This document shows, piece by piece, positions 40,345 through 53,505 of a DNA stretch of 64,000 bases. The notes under the pieces were generated by a model that made no database searches, was not told where the DNA came from, and was given only the letters and a program-made list of their open reading frames with translations. Source of the DNA: Octopus vulgaris (lineage: Eukaryota). The stretch's first letter is position 1. Every line of letters begins with the position of its first letter. The stretch covers positions 64,728,001 to 64,792,000 of the forward strand of contig OX597817.1 in the NCBI GenBank assembly GCA_951406725.2, written 5' to 3'. Both the position numbers and the translations under genes were made by a program.

Positions 40345-40760
40345 CTATGCTCTTCTATCTTTCTTTGACAAGATTCGGATCTTGAAACCAGTTTGTGCAA
40401 CAGCTGTGCAGGTCATCTTTTGGGGTGAATATCCAGGTTTTCTTTGGCCTATCCATTGGTCTCTTTCCACTAACTGGTAAACATGTCACTGCACTTCTTG
40501 CTGGGATATTGTCCCCCATTTGTAGGACATACCCTGTCAGCTGCATTCTTCTGCTCTTGATGACAAGACTTAAGTGTGTGATATTGGCTATTCAAAGCAC
40601 CTCCTCATTTGTGATCTTGTCTTGCCATCTAATGCCCAGGAGTTTGGGGAGACATTTTTGTCGGAAGGTATCAATTTGTTTTTCAATTCTTCCATATGTC
40701 AGCAGCATATGTTGTTGTTGAGATAACAATTGACCAGAATAACCTTAATTTGGTTGTGAT
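40345..40760 (-). pseudogene. RTE LINE 3' end remnant
   Basis: Minus-strand ORF 40355-40546 has VSGKRPMDRPKKTW, a decayed G.R.RGRP...W RTE C-terminal motif. Confidence 0.6.
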
Positions 40761-43575
40761 GTGATATGTGTTTGTATACAAATATTTTTATGCATATTGT
40801 TTTGCTTTATTGTACAAAAACATAAATATACTCTTGTGTAAGTAAGAAAACCTACCGTATGTGTATATGGTATCTTAGTAGTAAAATTTAAAGATAAAAC
40901 TGTATTTAAGCCTGCTCAGTACTAATCAAATAGATATATTGTCAGATGCATTTCAACCTGTGTGATTTTAGGAAGTCTTGGCTGTTATTTCTATGTGGTT
41001 TAATGACCACAGAGAAATAGCAGCCAAATTGTTGGCTCATTTTAACATACTTTGCTTGCAATAAGAAACCTAAAGTTGTAAGTTAGGTTGAATTTCTCAA
41101 CATAAAGGATATTTGTGCCTACCAACAGTTGAGCACTCTGGATGAAGGTATAGAAAAGATGTTAATGGTATTTATGAAGAAGAATCTAGTTACTTTAGTC
41201 TTAAGAAATTCCCTTTATATACTTGGCTTGATACATTTGACTATATCCTTACTCTCAAATCCTGCTTTTGTGCCTAGTCAAAAAGCCTATTTATATACAT
41301 GGGTGTATGTCTGTGTGTTCAATATAAATATATATATATATATACATTGTTCCTGACATTATAGGGCTATTCTTGGTGAAATTGCTGTATAGTATTGATA
41401 CAGTTGTAAACATTAGAAGGCTCTGTATGTTAATCAGTCTGTGATCATTGATTTGAAAATCCAGTCCCATATTTAGACTTCCCTCCATCATTTGTACATC
41501 TATGCCATCAGTTGTAATACTGCCTCCAATCTGTGGGCTGTGCTGAGTAGCATATCACATCTTTGACTCAAAAGTTTTCTCTTTAATGTTGTGGACAGCT
41601 AGATGCAAGTGTGTGGTGTGTGTTTGTAAAATAAAGGCTCTGTCAGTTTTGAACTGCTGGCCTCACTGTGTAACCGTTCACTAGTTACAAGAATCAGTAT
41701 TGATGAAATGTTCTCATAGACATGAAGCAAGTAGTTCTAAAATCACTGTTGGTGTTTGTAGAGTTGAACAAACAGCTCTTTTAGAAGTAGACTTGCTTTA
41801 AGAGTTTCTGTTTTGTGATTATTTGTGCAGGTTGCTGGCATTTTAGCTTTGGTTGCTGTCCAAACATAGATTTTCGTGTAACAAATACCAAATTGCCCTC
41901 CCTGATGTCGAATATGAAATTACTACACATGTAGTGATCAGCAGTTGAATCAAAACAGTAGTAGAGGGCTAGAGGACATAGATACTTTTACTTTCACAGC
42001 AACGTAGTCTGCTACCTCGTGGTTTGTATGTTCAAATTCTGTCGAGGTTGTTGAGATTGTAGTTTCCTCTGCAATTCTACAGATAATTTCTATTTTACAG
42101 TAAGCATGGTTTTCTTTTCTAACAGTAAATATTTAAAAACAGAAGACTTTTTTCCCTCTCTCTCTCTTTTTATCTCTGCTAGCTGCACAGTCCTATTTCA
42201 GGCTGTATCTATTTGTTACTATCAGGAAACATCACTCTCCAACAAAGTGTACTGCCTGAAACAATAGACTTTTCCTCATCCTCATGGTAAACCAATTTAT
42301 TCCACTTTTGAACTGTATCAATATTAATCCAGGCTCTGCTAGCCTGCAGAATCATTGGCTGAAAATGAGGGCTAAAATAAAGACATACATATAAACATAT
42401 CTTCATAAATAATCATCCAGTGATATTCTTTCTCTCAAAATCAGTTGATTTTATTGAAAGTCTTTTGTTTTGTTTTGGTGGATTTTTTTTTCATAGCTTT
42501 CTCACAATTTTGATTTCACTGACATGTTCTGTAGACTACCTTCTCTATTACTAAAAGAACTCATCTGACATTTTCTTTTAGTTCTTTCTGGCTAGTTCCA
42601 ATATTATTTCTTGAACTCTTAACAGCATTTTTACCAAACAATTCTAAAGTGTTCATCCATCTTTTCTTTTCCTATCTTGTCAATATGTAGAAACTGGTTA
42701 ACTTTACACATGCACACACACCATCTCTTGAAATTTAATTGATAGCATCTACTAAAAGTTAATTAGTTATACTCACTAGTTATATAAACTATTTGATAAA
42801 TATGTCCTTCTGTTATTTTCTTTCTCCCTGAAATATCGAAACATATGGCCAGCTTTGTAGCTCAGCAGGGATTTCTCTTCAAAGCAAGCCCATAATCCAG
42901 TTTTGATTCTTAATTGAAAACATTGTTAATGCCTGAGGGAAATGCATAAATCTCACAATTCCTGCTATAAGACTTCATACTCAACTATAACAGTAAATCT
43001 CTCTCACACATACACACACTGTACTATTTGTCTATTTTTTTTTGTTCAATAGAACTCTACCATGACACGACTACAAGATGATGGAACACCTTTCTGCCTC
43101 AGAACACTATCTCGCTCACAAACTGACATTCTCCTCACAATTTCATACTGGCATCTCATTCCATCACACCTTTTTGATTTTCTTCTTTGTTTTATCTTTT
43201 TCTTTTTCTTTTCTTTTTTTTTTTACCTTGGAAGAAAATCTATTTCTCAGCCTATTAAAAAATTCAGCCACACATTGTGTTCATGTTCTGAAGTATGTTG
43301 TTGATGGTGAGCACAGAGGTAGATTCTCAGGTTCCATAGGCATCAAAACCGTTTTTCCCACAACCAATGTAAATGTGATGCCTTTCTTTGGTACCTTTAT
43401 GACACTTTCGTTAGGTTTCCTTGGATGGCCATGTGTGTCGTATTTTACTAACACTAGTTACTTACCTGTCTATGTGCACAGTTCACGTATCTATCTAGTT
43501 TCTGATCAAGATACAGCAACAGTAGCAGTATCAAGGATCATATAAGTTTGCTGACCCACACTTACATAAATAGAT

Positions 43576-43607
<32 letters not shown>

Positions 43608-44099
43608 GTACACACACACACATACATACATACATAGATACAGTGCTGTCAGCTCCACTATTATTGTACTGTCACTTCCAAGTGTTCAACTGCTGTTTTA
43701 AACATAATACTTATATATATATATTGATGGTATTTAACGCAGAGAAAAGTGATTTTATTTTTGTGATTTCTACCCTATAAGAACCTTATATATCTAAATG
43801 TCCTTGAATAAATGGCGATGAACACATAACAGAACTATGATTTTGTGTTTTTTTTTTACTTTTTGATTTACAGGGAGAAGCTAATCACAGGGTCACTTTG
43901 AGAATCACAGACAGGTTCTGTATTGAGACATCATACCTTTCAGATGACTTGTTCCATCTATTTTGATCTCTGCAAATAGAAAGCAAAAGCATTGTTTAAC
44001 TGTTGATGAAAAGTGCATTAGAAGATATGTGACAGACACATGGTGAAGAATTCTTTCTTTTTAACTTACTGGGTCTTGAAGAGGCAATGCCCATGACCG

Positions 44100-44425
44100 T
44101 CATAGATTAATGGAATTAATGCCATTGGTACTCTTCTTGAGAAAACTCATGCAGGAAAAATGGAAGCAGAGAGGGAATTCTAGAGGACCAATATTCTGAA
44201 AAGGAAGGACTCTAGTATAGTAATAAATGCATGACCTAGAGGGGGAAGGCAGAAACAATAAGGTTGATGAGAGGAGGAGAGGCAAGTGGATGAGGAATGA
44301 CTGAGTGGAAATGGCATGATATAAATGAAATCTGACAACACTGGCTCGATTTTCAGTCAGGCAGCAGAATATGCTTTCTGGTACTGATGGCATGATAAAA
44401 TGTACCCAGTCCATACTACAAGGTG
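44100..44425 (-). pseudogene. Degenerate LINE 3' remnant
   Basis: Resembles the RT C-terminal region at 8150-8780; heavily decayed. Confidence 0.35.
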
Positions 44426-44559
44426 GTTAGTGATAGAAAGGGTTATTTATCTTTCTGTACTTTGCCTACTGGTGTTGGCAATTATAGACCTGCTCACCCG
44501 CCTCTCCCATGTACAAATTAACATGTTTGTGGCTTTGTCTTTCTGAAACCAACTTATTC

Positions 44560-45900
44560 CTGTCTTCCTTGGCTTTTCCTTTCAGTTTCATAAATATCAC
44601 CAAGTGCCCAAGGATTTTTTTCTTTTCATATGATATCCAATGAGCTGAACCTGTTGTCTCCTTATGTTGTTTGGGAGATTTCTGGTAGTCTTTGCTTGTC
44701 CAAGGGCCTTGTCACTCTGCATAGGACCTCAGTATTCTTAGGAACTACATCTCTGCAGAGTTGATAAACTTTTGCACTTCTTTGTTGATGTTCCAACTCA
44801 TACAACCATATGTAAGGATGGGTTCTATTTACACCTCTAGGGTTCTTTTTCTTACTATTACTGATAGCCATTTATTCAATAATAATGTTTGCTCTCACCA
44901 TAAACAACCTTGGGCTATCCAATCCTTGACTTGATTTCTTTGGTGTTTTTCCCCATCTGATGTAATGATGGTTCCTAAATATTTAAAACTATCTCAAGAT
45001 TGTGCCATTAATATTTACAATGCAAATTGGTAGTACCTTTAAGATTGTCAGTCTCTTCAATTTTTTCTGATAAGACATAGACTCATGTTTTTTACTCTCA
45101 TCATTAATTAGTACTAATTAATGATTTTAAATCTTTCCCTGTTGTTGCTATGAGGACTTTGCCTTCTTCATAACGGATATTGCTGCAGTTTCCATGATTA
45201 CTTCACTGTAAAATAGAAACAGGTGTGGTGATAACACACATCCCTGTCATATTCTTCTCTTAATTTTCTCACATTGTCATATTTCATTTCCGATTCTGAT
45301 TGCTGCTGTTTGTTTCTAATATGTTCTTGAATATTTGTAAGACTTTTCAATCTAGATTTATATCTTGTAAAATCTTTATGATTTATTTGTGACTTACTGT
45401 ATCATATACTTTTGTGTAATCAATGAGAAAACATACAGGTCTTTTTGTATTTTAATTGCTCTTTCAGCAATGTTTCTCAGTATGTACACAGCATTAGTTC
45501 TTTTTTCCTTTAACAAATCCACCTTGTGCTTTCTGATATTTCATGCTTGATTTTATTTATGGACCTGAGCATCAGGACTTGTAACAAGATTTTTGTAATG
45601 TGTTTCATAAAGCTCATGGCTCTTGATAGATCACGTTCTATTGCCCCAAATTCACTGAAGAGTCCTACAAAGATTAATTTCAACATTTCTCCTGGAATCT
45701 CTTCCATTTCAAAAAATTCCAATTGAGCAGATTTGCTGTTTTCTCAATTCCAAGGTTTTCTAGTATCACCTCCAGGTGCTTTTTAGACTCTGTCTTCAAG
45801 GATGATGGATCTTTGAGAAACTATCTTTTAAATATTTTTCTTTTTCCTTTAATGTCTCCTTTTTTTATCTTATATATCTTGAAAATGAGCTTGACAAATA
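44560..45900 (-). pseudogene. Degenerate RTE-type LINE reverse transcriptase
   Basis: Minus strand: RAMSFMKHITKILLQ...KIKHEISE and QGCVLSPHLFLFYSE (about 45200-45248). Confidence 0.75.
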
Positions 45901-46186
45901 AAGCCATGCCAAATAAAAGGCAAGACTGAATGGTGAAGATATGGACTCAGCATATTACAGCAGAGACAACATACTAGGAGAGCAGCAAATGTGAATAAAA
46001 CAAATAGATGGGGATTCTTTACTCCTGCTGCAGACAACCTCTGATGATTGACGTGATAAATGTACCTCATCAATACTGTTTGTAAAATGGTTTGCAATAT
46101 GATAAGGGCATCCAGCTGTAGAAACTCTGCCAGATCATATTGGAGCTTGGCGCAGCCATCTGGTTCACCAGTCCTCAGTCAAATGA

Positions 46187-46223
<37 letters not shown>

Positions 46224-46457
46224 CAAAATGTAACTACATGTGAATTGTTGGCGATTTTCTTCCTCTGTCTTCCTTTCTATTGGACTTACTTCTGTTTCTG
46301 AGGAAGTGCATTGCTCAAAACGTTAAGCCATCTTTCTTTCATTCCCTGAGCGTCTGCTAATACTTCACATGTACCATGTTCTCGCTTTGTTGTTTTTTGC
46401 ATTTGTTCTTTTTTCTGATTTACTATTTATATACATTATTGTTGTTATTATTATTAT

Positions 46458-46650
46458 AAGGTGGTAAGCTGGCAGAATTATAAGCATGCCAGGCAGAATG
46501 CTTAGCAGCATTTTATCTGTCTCTACATTCTGAGTTCAAATTCCGCCATGGTCAACTGTGCCTTTTATCCCTTCAAGGTCAATAAAATAAGTCCCAGTTG
46601 GGCACTGGAGTCAATGCAGTCAACTTGCCACCTTCCCCAAAGTTGCTATC
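46458..46650 (+). mobile_element. tRNA-derived SINE, second family
   Basis: ggtggtaagctggcagaat...ttctgagttcaaattccgccatggtcaac...aataaaataagt; B-box-like GAGTTCAAATTCC. Confidence 0.75.
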
Positions 46651-47299
46651 TATCAAGGTGGGTCACATGTTATCAAAGATTAATAGATAGATACAACTGA
46701 GTGGACAAACAAAAATATGAGACACTGCTTAGTGGCTTTTTTTATTTTGATAAGCCTGGTACTTATTCTATCAGTTTCTTCTTGTGAAACCAGTAAGTTA
46801 CGGGGCTGTAAATAAACGAACAGCAGTGGTGAGGGAGAAACACAAAGACACACATAGACTTACATATATACATATATATGCGATTGATTTATTTCAAGTT
46901 TGTTACCACACAGCCACACCTGCACCTATGTATGTGTGTATATATGTATGCGTGTACATATTACATGTACATCTATATATATATATATACATCTACATGT
47001 ATACTTATACATCTATATATATATACATGTATATATATACATCCATATATATACATGTGTATTTATATATATATATATACTTCTATATATATGTATACAT
47101 GTAAATTTAAATTTTAAAATAATAAGGGTGAAAAATTGAATATTAATTTGTTTAATATCAATTTAAAACCAGTGGTGTAGCATATTGAAAAGTCTGAAGT
47201 TTCAGAAAAATGATATTACATACATATAAGAGGGATGTCCACTTACAGTTCATCCCACTTATATAATAGTTTCAATATTAAAGTGAAAACATCTGACAT

Positions 47300-47530
47300 T
47301 ACAATAGAGAGATGTTTTTGTTTCACTTTTGACACGTAATACTGAAATAGTGGAGAAGATATGATATTGCTGTGGGCTCGCCCTAGGCAAGAAATTAAAC
47401 ATTTTTTTGCCCATGACACTACATGGACCCAAAGTAAGGCACGTGTAAAATTTGAACAAAATTGGTTGTGTAGTTCACATGCTTTAGGGATTCACACAGA
47501 CAGACACACATTCTCATCTTTATATATATC
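47300..47530 (-). mobile_element. Non-autonomous Helitron-like (DINE-1-type) 5' end
   Basis: Minus strand: atatatataaagatgagaatgtgtgtctgtctgtgtg...aactacacaaccaattttgttcaaattttacac, the typical start of such elements. Confidence 0.5.
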
Positions 47531-48489
47531 CTTATTTGAATCTCCACTTTTCCATGCTCACATGGAGCAGATGGAACTTGTTGAGGTGAATTTTTTACAT
47601 CTGGATATTCTTCCTGTCCTCAACCATCAAGTGTTTTCAAGAAAGTTAAGATTTTTCCTATAACCAGACATGTTAACATGGAAATTTGTAAGAAAGGACA
47701 CCATTTGCATGATGGTGACATTCATTTACAAATGTTACATGGTGTCAAACCAAGGAAACAACAATAACATACACACACATGCATACACATATATAACAAT
47801 GGACCTCTTTCAGTTTCCAGCCACCAAATCCATACACAAAGCTTTGCTTATCCTAGAGCTATAACAGGAGACACTTGTTCAAGGTGCCATACAGTATGAC
47901 TGAATTCAAAACCATGTGGTTGAGCAGCAGATATATATATATATATATAATAATATAAATAATATATAATATTTTATTTATATTATTATATGATCGAACG
48001 CCATGCATCCTTTTCCAAGTAAGTTTTATCTATCTGTCTATCTATATATATATATATAGAATAAGAGCGAACTTCTGTCTGTCTGGCACTCCTGTATCTC
48101 AGTCTGCATTTTCTCTACATAGACATATTGTACCTTTTTGGAAGTATGATGATCCTAGGATTGAAAATCTGCCCTTCATTTGGTTCTTGGACATTCAGCA
48201 TTGGGAGCTGATTTAAAAGCATTTGTGTTGCTATTTCTAGTTGGTAAAGCAACTGCAAGAGGTTTCAGGGCCATAGTATTACTGAGATAGGAGAACACAA
48301 ATTACCGGTTCTTTTTTTTTTGTGCCTGGTACTTTTTTTTATAGGCCGCTTTTTATCAAACTGCTAAGTTATGTGAATGTAAACACACCAATACTGGTGT
48401 CAATACCAACACTGGTATCAAGCAGTGGTGGGGGACAAACAGAGACGCAAAGTCACAATATATATACATATATATCTTTTACAATAATA

Positions 48490-48960
48490 ACTACTGAATT
48501 TCTCAACTCTTTAGATCCTCCTGGAATGCCTTCTCACAAACTGACATCGAAGAAAGGAGTTCCAACCATGCTTTTGAGAAATCTGGATCTCCCAGAACTG
48601 TGCAATGAAACAAGACTGATTGTTTGGCAAATGCATCCTCATCTTTTGGAAGCAACAATCCTCACTGGACTAGGAAAGAGAGAAAATGTGTTTATTCCAC
48701 TGATTCCAGCAGACATACTCTTTGAATTCGAGAATTGCAGAATTCCAGAATTGCAATGCCAATTAACAAGAGTCAAGGACAATCACTCAAAATTGTTGGA
48801 CTTCACCTCATGCAGCACTGCTTTTCCCATGGTCAGCTCAATGTTAGTTGTTCCAGAGTTGGAAATTTGGAAATGGGAACAATCTCTTCATACTCACACC
48901 AAATGGTAAAACTAAGAATATTGTTTATCCTGCTGCTTTACAGTGATCTCCAAATATCAC
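48490..48960 (+). pseudogene. Helitron PIF1-like helicase C-terminal fragment
   Basis: TEFLNSLDPPGMPSHKL..KKGVPTMLLRNLD..LCNETRL and, after a frameshift, AMPINKSQGQSLKIVGL...CFSHGQLNVSCSRV. Confidence 0.9.
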
Positions 48961-50379
48961 AATGATACATAATTCTCCAAATATGATATTATGTGATATA
49001 AATCTGAGATGGTGGGGTACAAAAAAATGCTTTATTATAATTTCACTCTTTAGCTTTGGGCCACAAGTCCAATTAACTAACCCTCCACAGGAGCTAGCTT
49101 AAAAGTCCGTGTGGAGTGCAGCTTTTAAGCTTGTGTGTGTGTATGTGTAACTAGGTATAACAAGTAGTTAGACATGAACCATGAAGTCTGACCAATACCA
49201 GACATGAAAAAATAAACATAGAATGGTGCTGAAAAATATAAGACTTGTGATCTAATGCTGTACTAAAAACATATCCATCCCATAATCTCCTGCTACCATG
49301 CAATTATAGAAAGTGTATTTAAAGCTGACCACATAGATAATGACACGATGATAATGAAGAGACCACTAGTAATAATATAAATGATGATGTTAGTGATGAT
49401 AATGATGATAACAGGACTGGTCAGTATGATGATAATGATCATGATTATGATGGTGATCATAATGACAATGGTAGTGGAGGTGGTGATCTTGTTATACATT
49501 TTTGTTTTTAAAAAAATATTGATGTCATGTTATCATTATCATCATCAATATCATCAGCAACAAACCTATAATGCATGATCTTCATTTAATTTAATTTTTT
49601 TTCATCTTATAATTATATTGGTAAATAGGAAATTATATTGGTTAATAGGAAATATTAATGAAATTGACCAAAATGCATTAGTGACAAAGTATTAGATAGT
49701 TTTTATGTGATTTTTAGGTTTTAGATATACTTTTTACATTAATAATGACTGTGTGTCGTGTGTGTGTTTAAGCATGTGTATGTGTGTGTAAACACATGCA
49801 TGTGTGTATGTTAGTGTATGTGGATGTGTAAGTGCACATTATGAGTGTGTGTATGTATGTGCATGCATGCATGTGTGAGTATGTATGTTGTGAAAGACAT
49901 TATTGTATGTTTGTTATTGATGCATCAGAAAGACTCTGATATCAGTTGTTCACCAGGGATATTTCTAGGATCATTTAAGTTATGGTGAGTTGGGAATTAG
50001 ACTGGATAGAATAGTTTTATGGGAAAATAAGAAAAGGATTTGAAATTATGATTTAAAGAAACAAATTTCCAGTTTTGAGAATATCTTCCTCACTCCATCC
50101 CACTATTCTCAGAGACCCTGTAAAAGATCATGGACTCTGCTTGCTCTTTTTTCTGACTAAGTAAGAAAAAGAAAAATACTAGTTTAAGCCTGGGAACATT
50201 GTAGAGGGAACAAGAGTGATAAACCAAAGGACAAGCCTTGAGTACCTGTAATAAACTTTTAAAAAATTGGCAATCCATCCATCTTTTCTGCCTGGGAGGG
50301 TCGTGGAGGGTAGATCCTCTAGCACCTTCTCCATAGTTTCCTATCAGAAACAACTTAGATTCTTTTCAACTGGGTTCCC

Positions 50380-50530
50380 AAGTATAACCAACTAGGACTA
50401 ATGATATTATCTAATCAGCTCATCCTTGGTTGACCCCTAGGTCTCCTTCTGGTTTGCTCAGCTTTGAAGTATTCATCTTGCAATTCTTCCCTTTGACATT
50501 CTAATCTCATGTCTGTAGAACAGGAGCTGT
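50380..50530 (-). pseudogene. RTE LINE 3' remnant
   Basis: Minus strand R-RPRGQPRMS*LDNI motif. Confidence 0.45.
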
Positions 50531-50649
50531 AACCTCTCAATGTAGAAAAGCATAAAAGAAATGAAATGAAACATTGAAAATAATTTTCAGGTGAAAAGAA
50601 GAGTTATTTCCCATGGAATTTAATAATAAGCATGCACAAAACTCTTGAC

Positions 50650-50902
50650 CAATGGTCCTCAACTGGGGTCCCTATAACCCTTGAGGGTCCATATAAGATT
50701 TTATTGCTAAAGTTTATGTGCAATGAATTAGTTGTTCTTCTACAATATACAAAATATTTTATCTATTTTTTAATACAATTCCTAATAATATTTAATTATA
50801 AAAATATAATGGAATTTTTTTTTAACATCAAATGACTATGGGGTTCCAAAGAATAAAATAAGAATCAAAGGAATTCATAGGCAAAAAAGGCTGCAAACAC
50901 TG
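50650..50902. mobile_element. hAT (Charlie-like) MITE with 8 bp TSD
   Basis: CTCTTGAC at 50642-50649 and 50903-50910; degenerate TIRs CAATGGTCCTCAAC / GCTGCAAACACTG. Confidence 0.8.
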
Positions 50903-50989
50903 CTCTTGACCTTTGAGTCACATTATCTATTGTGGAGCAATATTTTATTACAGTTCCTACTGCAAACCATTTGAAAGGTGTTCAAACAT

Positions 50990-51780
50990 TAACACAACCT
51001 AACACTAACCATTGATAGTGTTTAAAAACATTATAAAGGGTATCAATACGAGTCTCATACCTATCCTCCAATAACATGTCTTCTAAGCAGCATCCACTAA
51101 TTACAACAAGGTTCTGATTTAAAGACATCAATTATATATCCAGTTCCAATGCCCACAAGACAGTGCACCACTGAAAAATCCTTTGGTTTTCTCCCCACTC
51201 ATTCTCACTCTCAACATGAAAATCTGCATGAGAAGGACCTTCCTCAAATTAGTGGATAAACATTTTACACAGGGCCCTAGATATAGAAAAGTTTCAAAAG
51301 ATATAACTTAAGGGTCTTGTTCAGCTGTGCACCTAGAGGTAAATAAATATTCGGTTGTATCCCAAACTAGTAGATAGACACAGGGGACTCATATAGGCTT
51401 TATACTGTGTGTCAATGCAACACAGAAGCCAGGATCTATGTAGATGAAATAGCATTGGTCAATGTCATTGGAGCAATACATATACAGAGATATTTTGGAG
51501 CAACAGCAGATCCCTTTAAGACCAGGATAAATAATTATAAATCCTCTTTTAGAAGCCAGGAAAGACACTTACAATTTTAGCCAGTTATATATAGCAATTA
51601 AAAGAAGTAACACCTTAAAACATCAACTGGAGGTTGCTGGATTGTTTTAGGACATATCAGAATGGAAGCAGAAGATGCAGGCTCTGCTTGATGGAGAGAA
51701 GACTCATCATCATCATCCATGGGATCCAAGTAGTTTCCTAAACTCCAAAAATGAAACTTTCATATTCATTTCACACAAAC
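50990..51780 (+). pseudogene. Highly degenerate Penelope-like element 3' part
   Basis: Fragments YQNGSRRCRLCL and FLNSKNE match the PLE GIY-YIG C-terminus; LSSN...YNKVL matches the RT thumb. Confidence 0.55.
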
Positions 51781-51949
51781 ACACACACACATCATTCATG
51801 GCTAACATCAATCCATGGGAAATAATTTTTTCCCCACTGAAAAATAATATAATTTTTTCCCTGTGTTTTATTTCATTTCTTTTTACCTCCACAAAGCAAC
51901 CTAGGTGACTAGTTATATGCCATAATTAGTAATATATTGGTCTCAATTA

Positions 51950-51980
<31 letters not shown>

Positions 51981-52302
51981 TGTAAAATATAATTGCCAAC
52001 TAGATGAGGCAGTCCCATAGAGGGTGATGCTACTGTTGTTTTTAGCCCCAGGAGGACATCTCCAGCTGGCTAACAACACACTGTCTGCATCTGATTAGTA
52101 TTTGTGAAGGGAAATCATCAGTTCCATCTCTAGCCTTATGTGATACACACAGACTTGGGTTTCTGAGTAGTAATCTATCATTAGTGTGTGATAATTACAA
52201 GCTAATGATGAAAACTCATTCTACACGCAATGCTTTTTCCAGTGACAAATATGTATATTAATTTATAATCATGGTACAAGATAGTACACAGCATTGCTAG
52301 AA

Positions 52303-52675
52303 ATATGAATCAAACGGCTCGAGAACCACAGTAAATCACTTATATACACACTAGTGAATTCAGAGAAAATGAGTATATACAAAGCCATCTTACCTATAAC
52401 AAGTAAAAATCGCAAATGAGTTGCAGACGTACTCACATCATGTGATTTTGGACTCTGTGATAAACTAGTGAGTATTACTGCTGAAGTAATACTCACTGAT
52501 GAAGACTAAGTGTTTATCACATGATCCAAAATTATGTGCTATGACTATGTCTGCAACTCATTTGTGTTTTTTACTCGCTATAGGTAAGATGGCTTTTTAT
52601 ATACTCATTTTCCTGGAATTCACCAGTGTGTATATAAATGATTTACTGTGGTTCTTGAGCCATTTGACTCCTATA
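52303..52675. repeat. Palindromic element with HHR-like arms, copy 1
   Basis: Arms of about 180 bp are reverse complements around AGTGAGTATTACT-GCTGA-AGTAATACTCACT; second copy at 62435-62684. Confidence 0.9.
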
Positions 52676-52684
52676 TATATATAT

Positions 52685-52909
52685 AAGGAAATATATATCA
52701 TTTAGCAACAGAAGTCTCCATGCAATTCATCAAATCCTAATGTACATCACACCATATCATAGAATTTAATTTTAATACTTACATGTAGAACAGAAATTTG
52801 AAACTGAAATAGTAAGTATTAAAATAAAATTCTATGATATGGTGTGATGTACATTAGGATTAGATGAATTGCATGGGAACTTCTATCTCTAAATAATATA
52901 TATTTCCTT
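52685..52909. repeat. Second palindrome (about 98 bp arms, 29 nt spacer)
   Basis: 52685-52782 is a near reverse complement of 52812-52909. Confidence 0.9.
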
Positions 52910-52999
52910 GTCAAGAATAATTCAATTTATTTGAATCCCTGTGACGCCGGAATTTTTATTCTCTAATTAATATATAAATAATATATATATATATATATT

Positions 53000-53505
53000 T
53001 AAGAATAATAATTATTGTTAAATACGACGGCTTTTCTTCTGAGCCAGACTAGCTATGTGGTGCGTGACGCTTAGTTTTGCAAAAGGGCTGTGCTCTCAAC
53101 ATTCTGCCTCAGCATCTGTGTTTTATTTAAAATACATTCCAAAATATTGTTCTATTCTTTTGATGCCATTTCATGAATCAACAACTCACTCACTCTTTCT
53201 GAATCAACAGCTAAGTTATTATTACTAGTATTCAAATGTGATTAAGTCAATGAATTTAGAATTCCTCCATTTATTTCAGTATCTAGTAGCCAAGGCCACA
53301 TGTAATTCATTTCATTTCAATTTCAGCCAGACCCCCTCACATTGCTTATGGGATAAATTTAATAATTAAAATGTACATGTATATTAATTTAGTATTAATA
53401 TTTTAATAAGAATAATAATTATTGTTACTACAGCTTTTCTTCCAAACCCGACTAGCTATATGATGTGTAAAGCTTAGTTTTGCAAAAGTGTTATGCTCCC
53501 AACGT
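53000..53505. repeat. Diverged direct repeat of about 100 bp (53000-53103 and 53407-53505)
   Basis: taagaataataattattgtta...gactagctat...gcttagttttgcaaaag occurs twice. Confidence 0.8.

Noticed and set aside
48322-48965. Cellular PIF1 helicase gene
   Set aside because: Intronless, frameshifted C-terminal fragment fused to SINE sequence; fits a Helitron remnant.
49293-49578. Hydrophobic M/I-rich ORFs
   Set aside because: Degenerate (ATG/ATA)n trinucleotide repeat.
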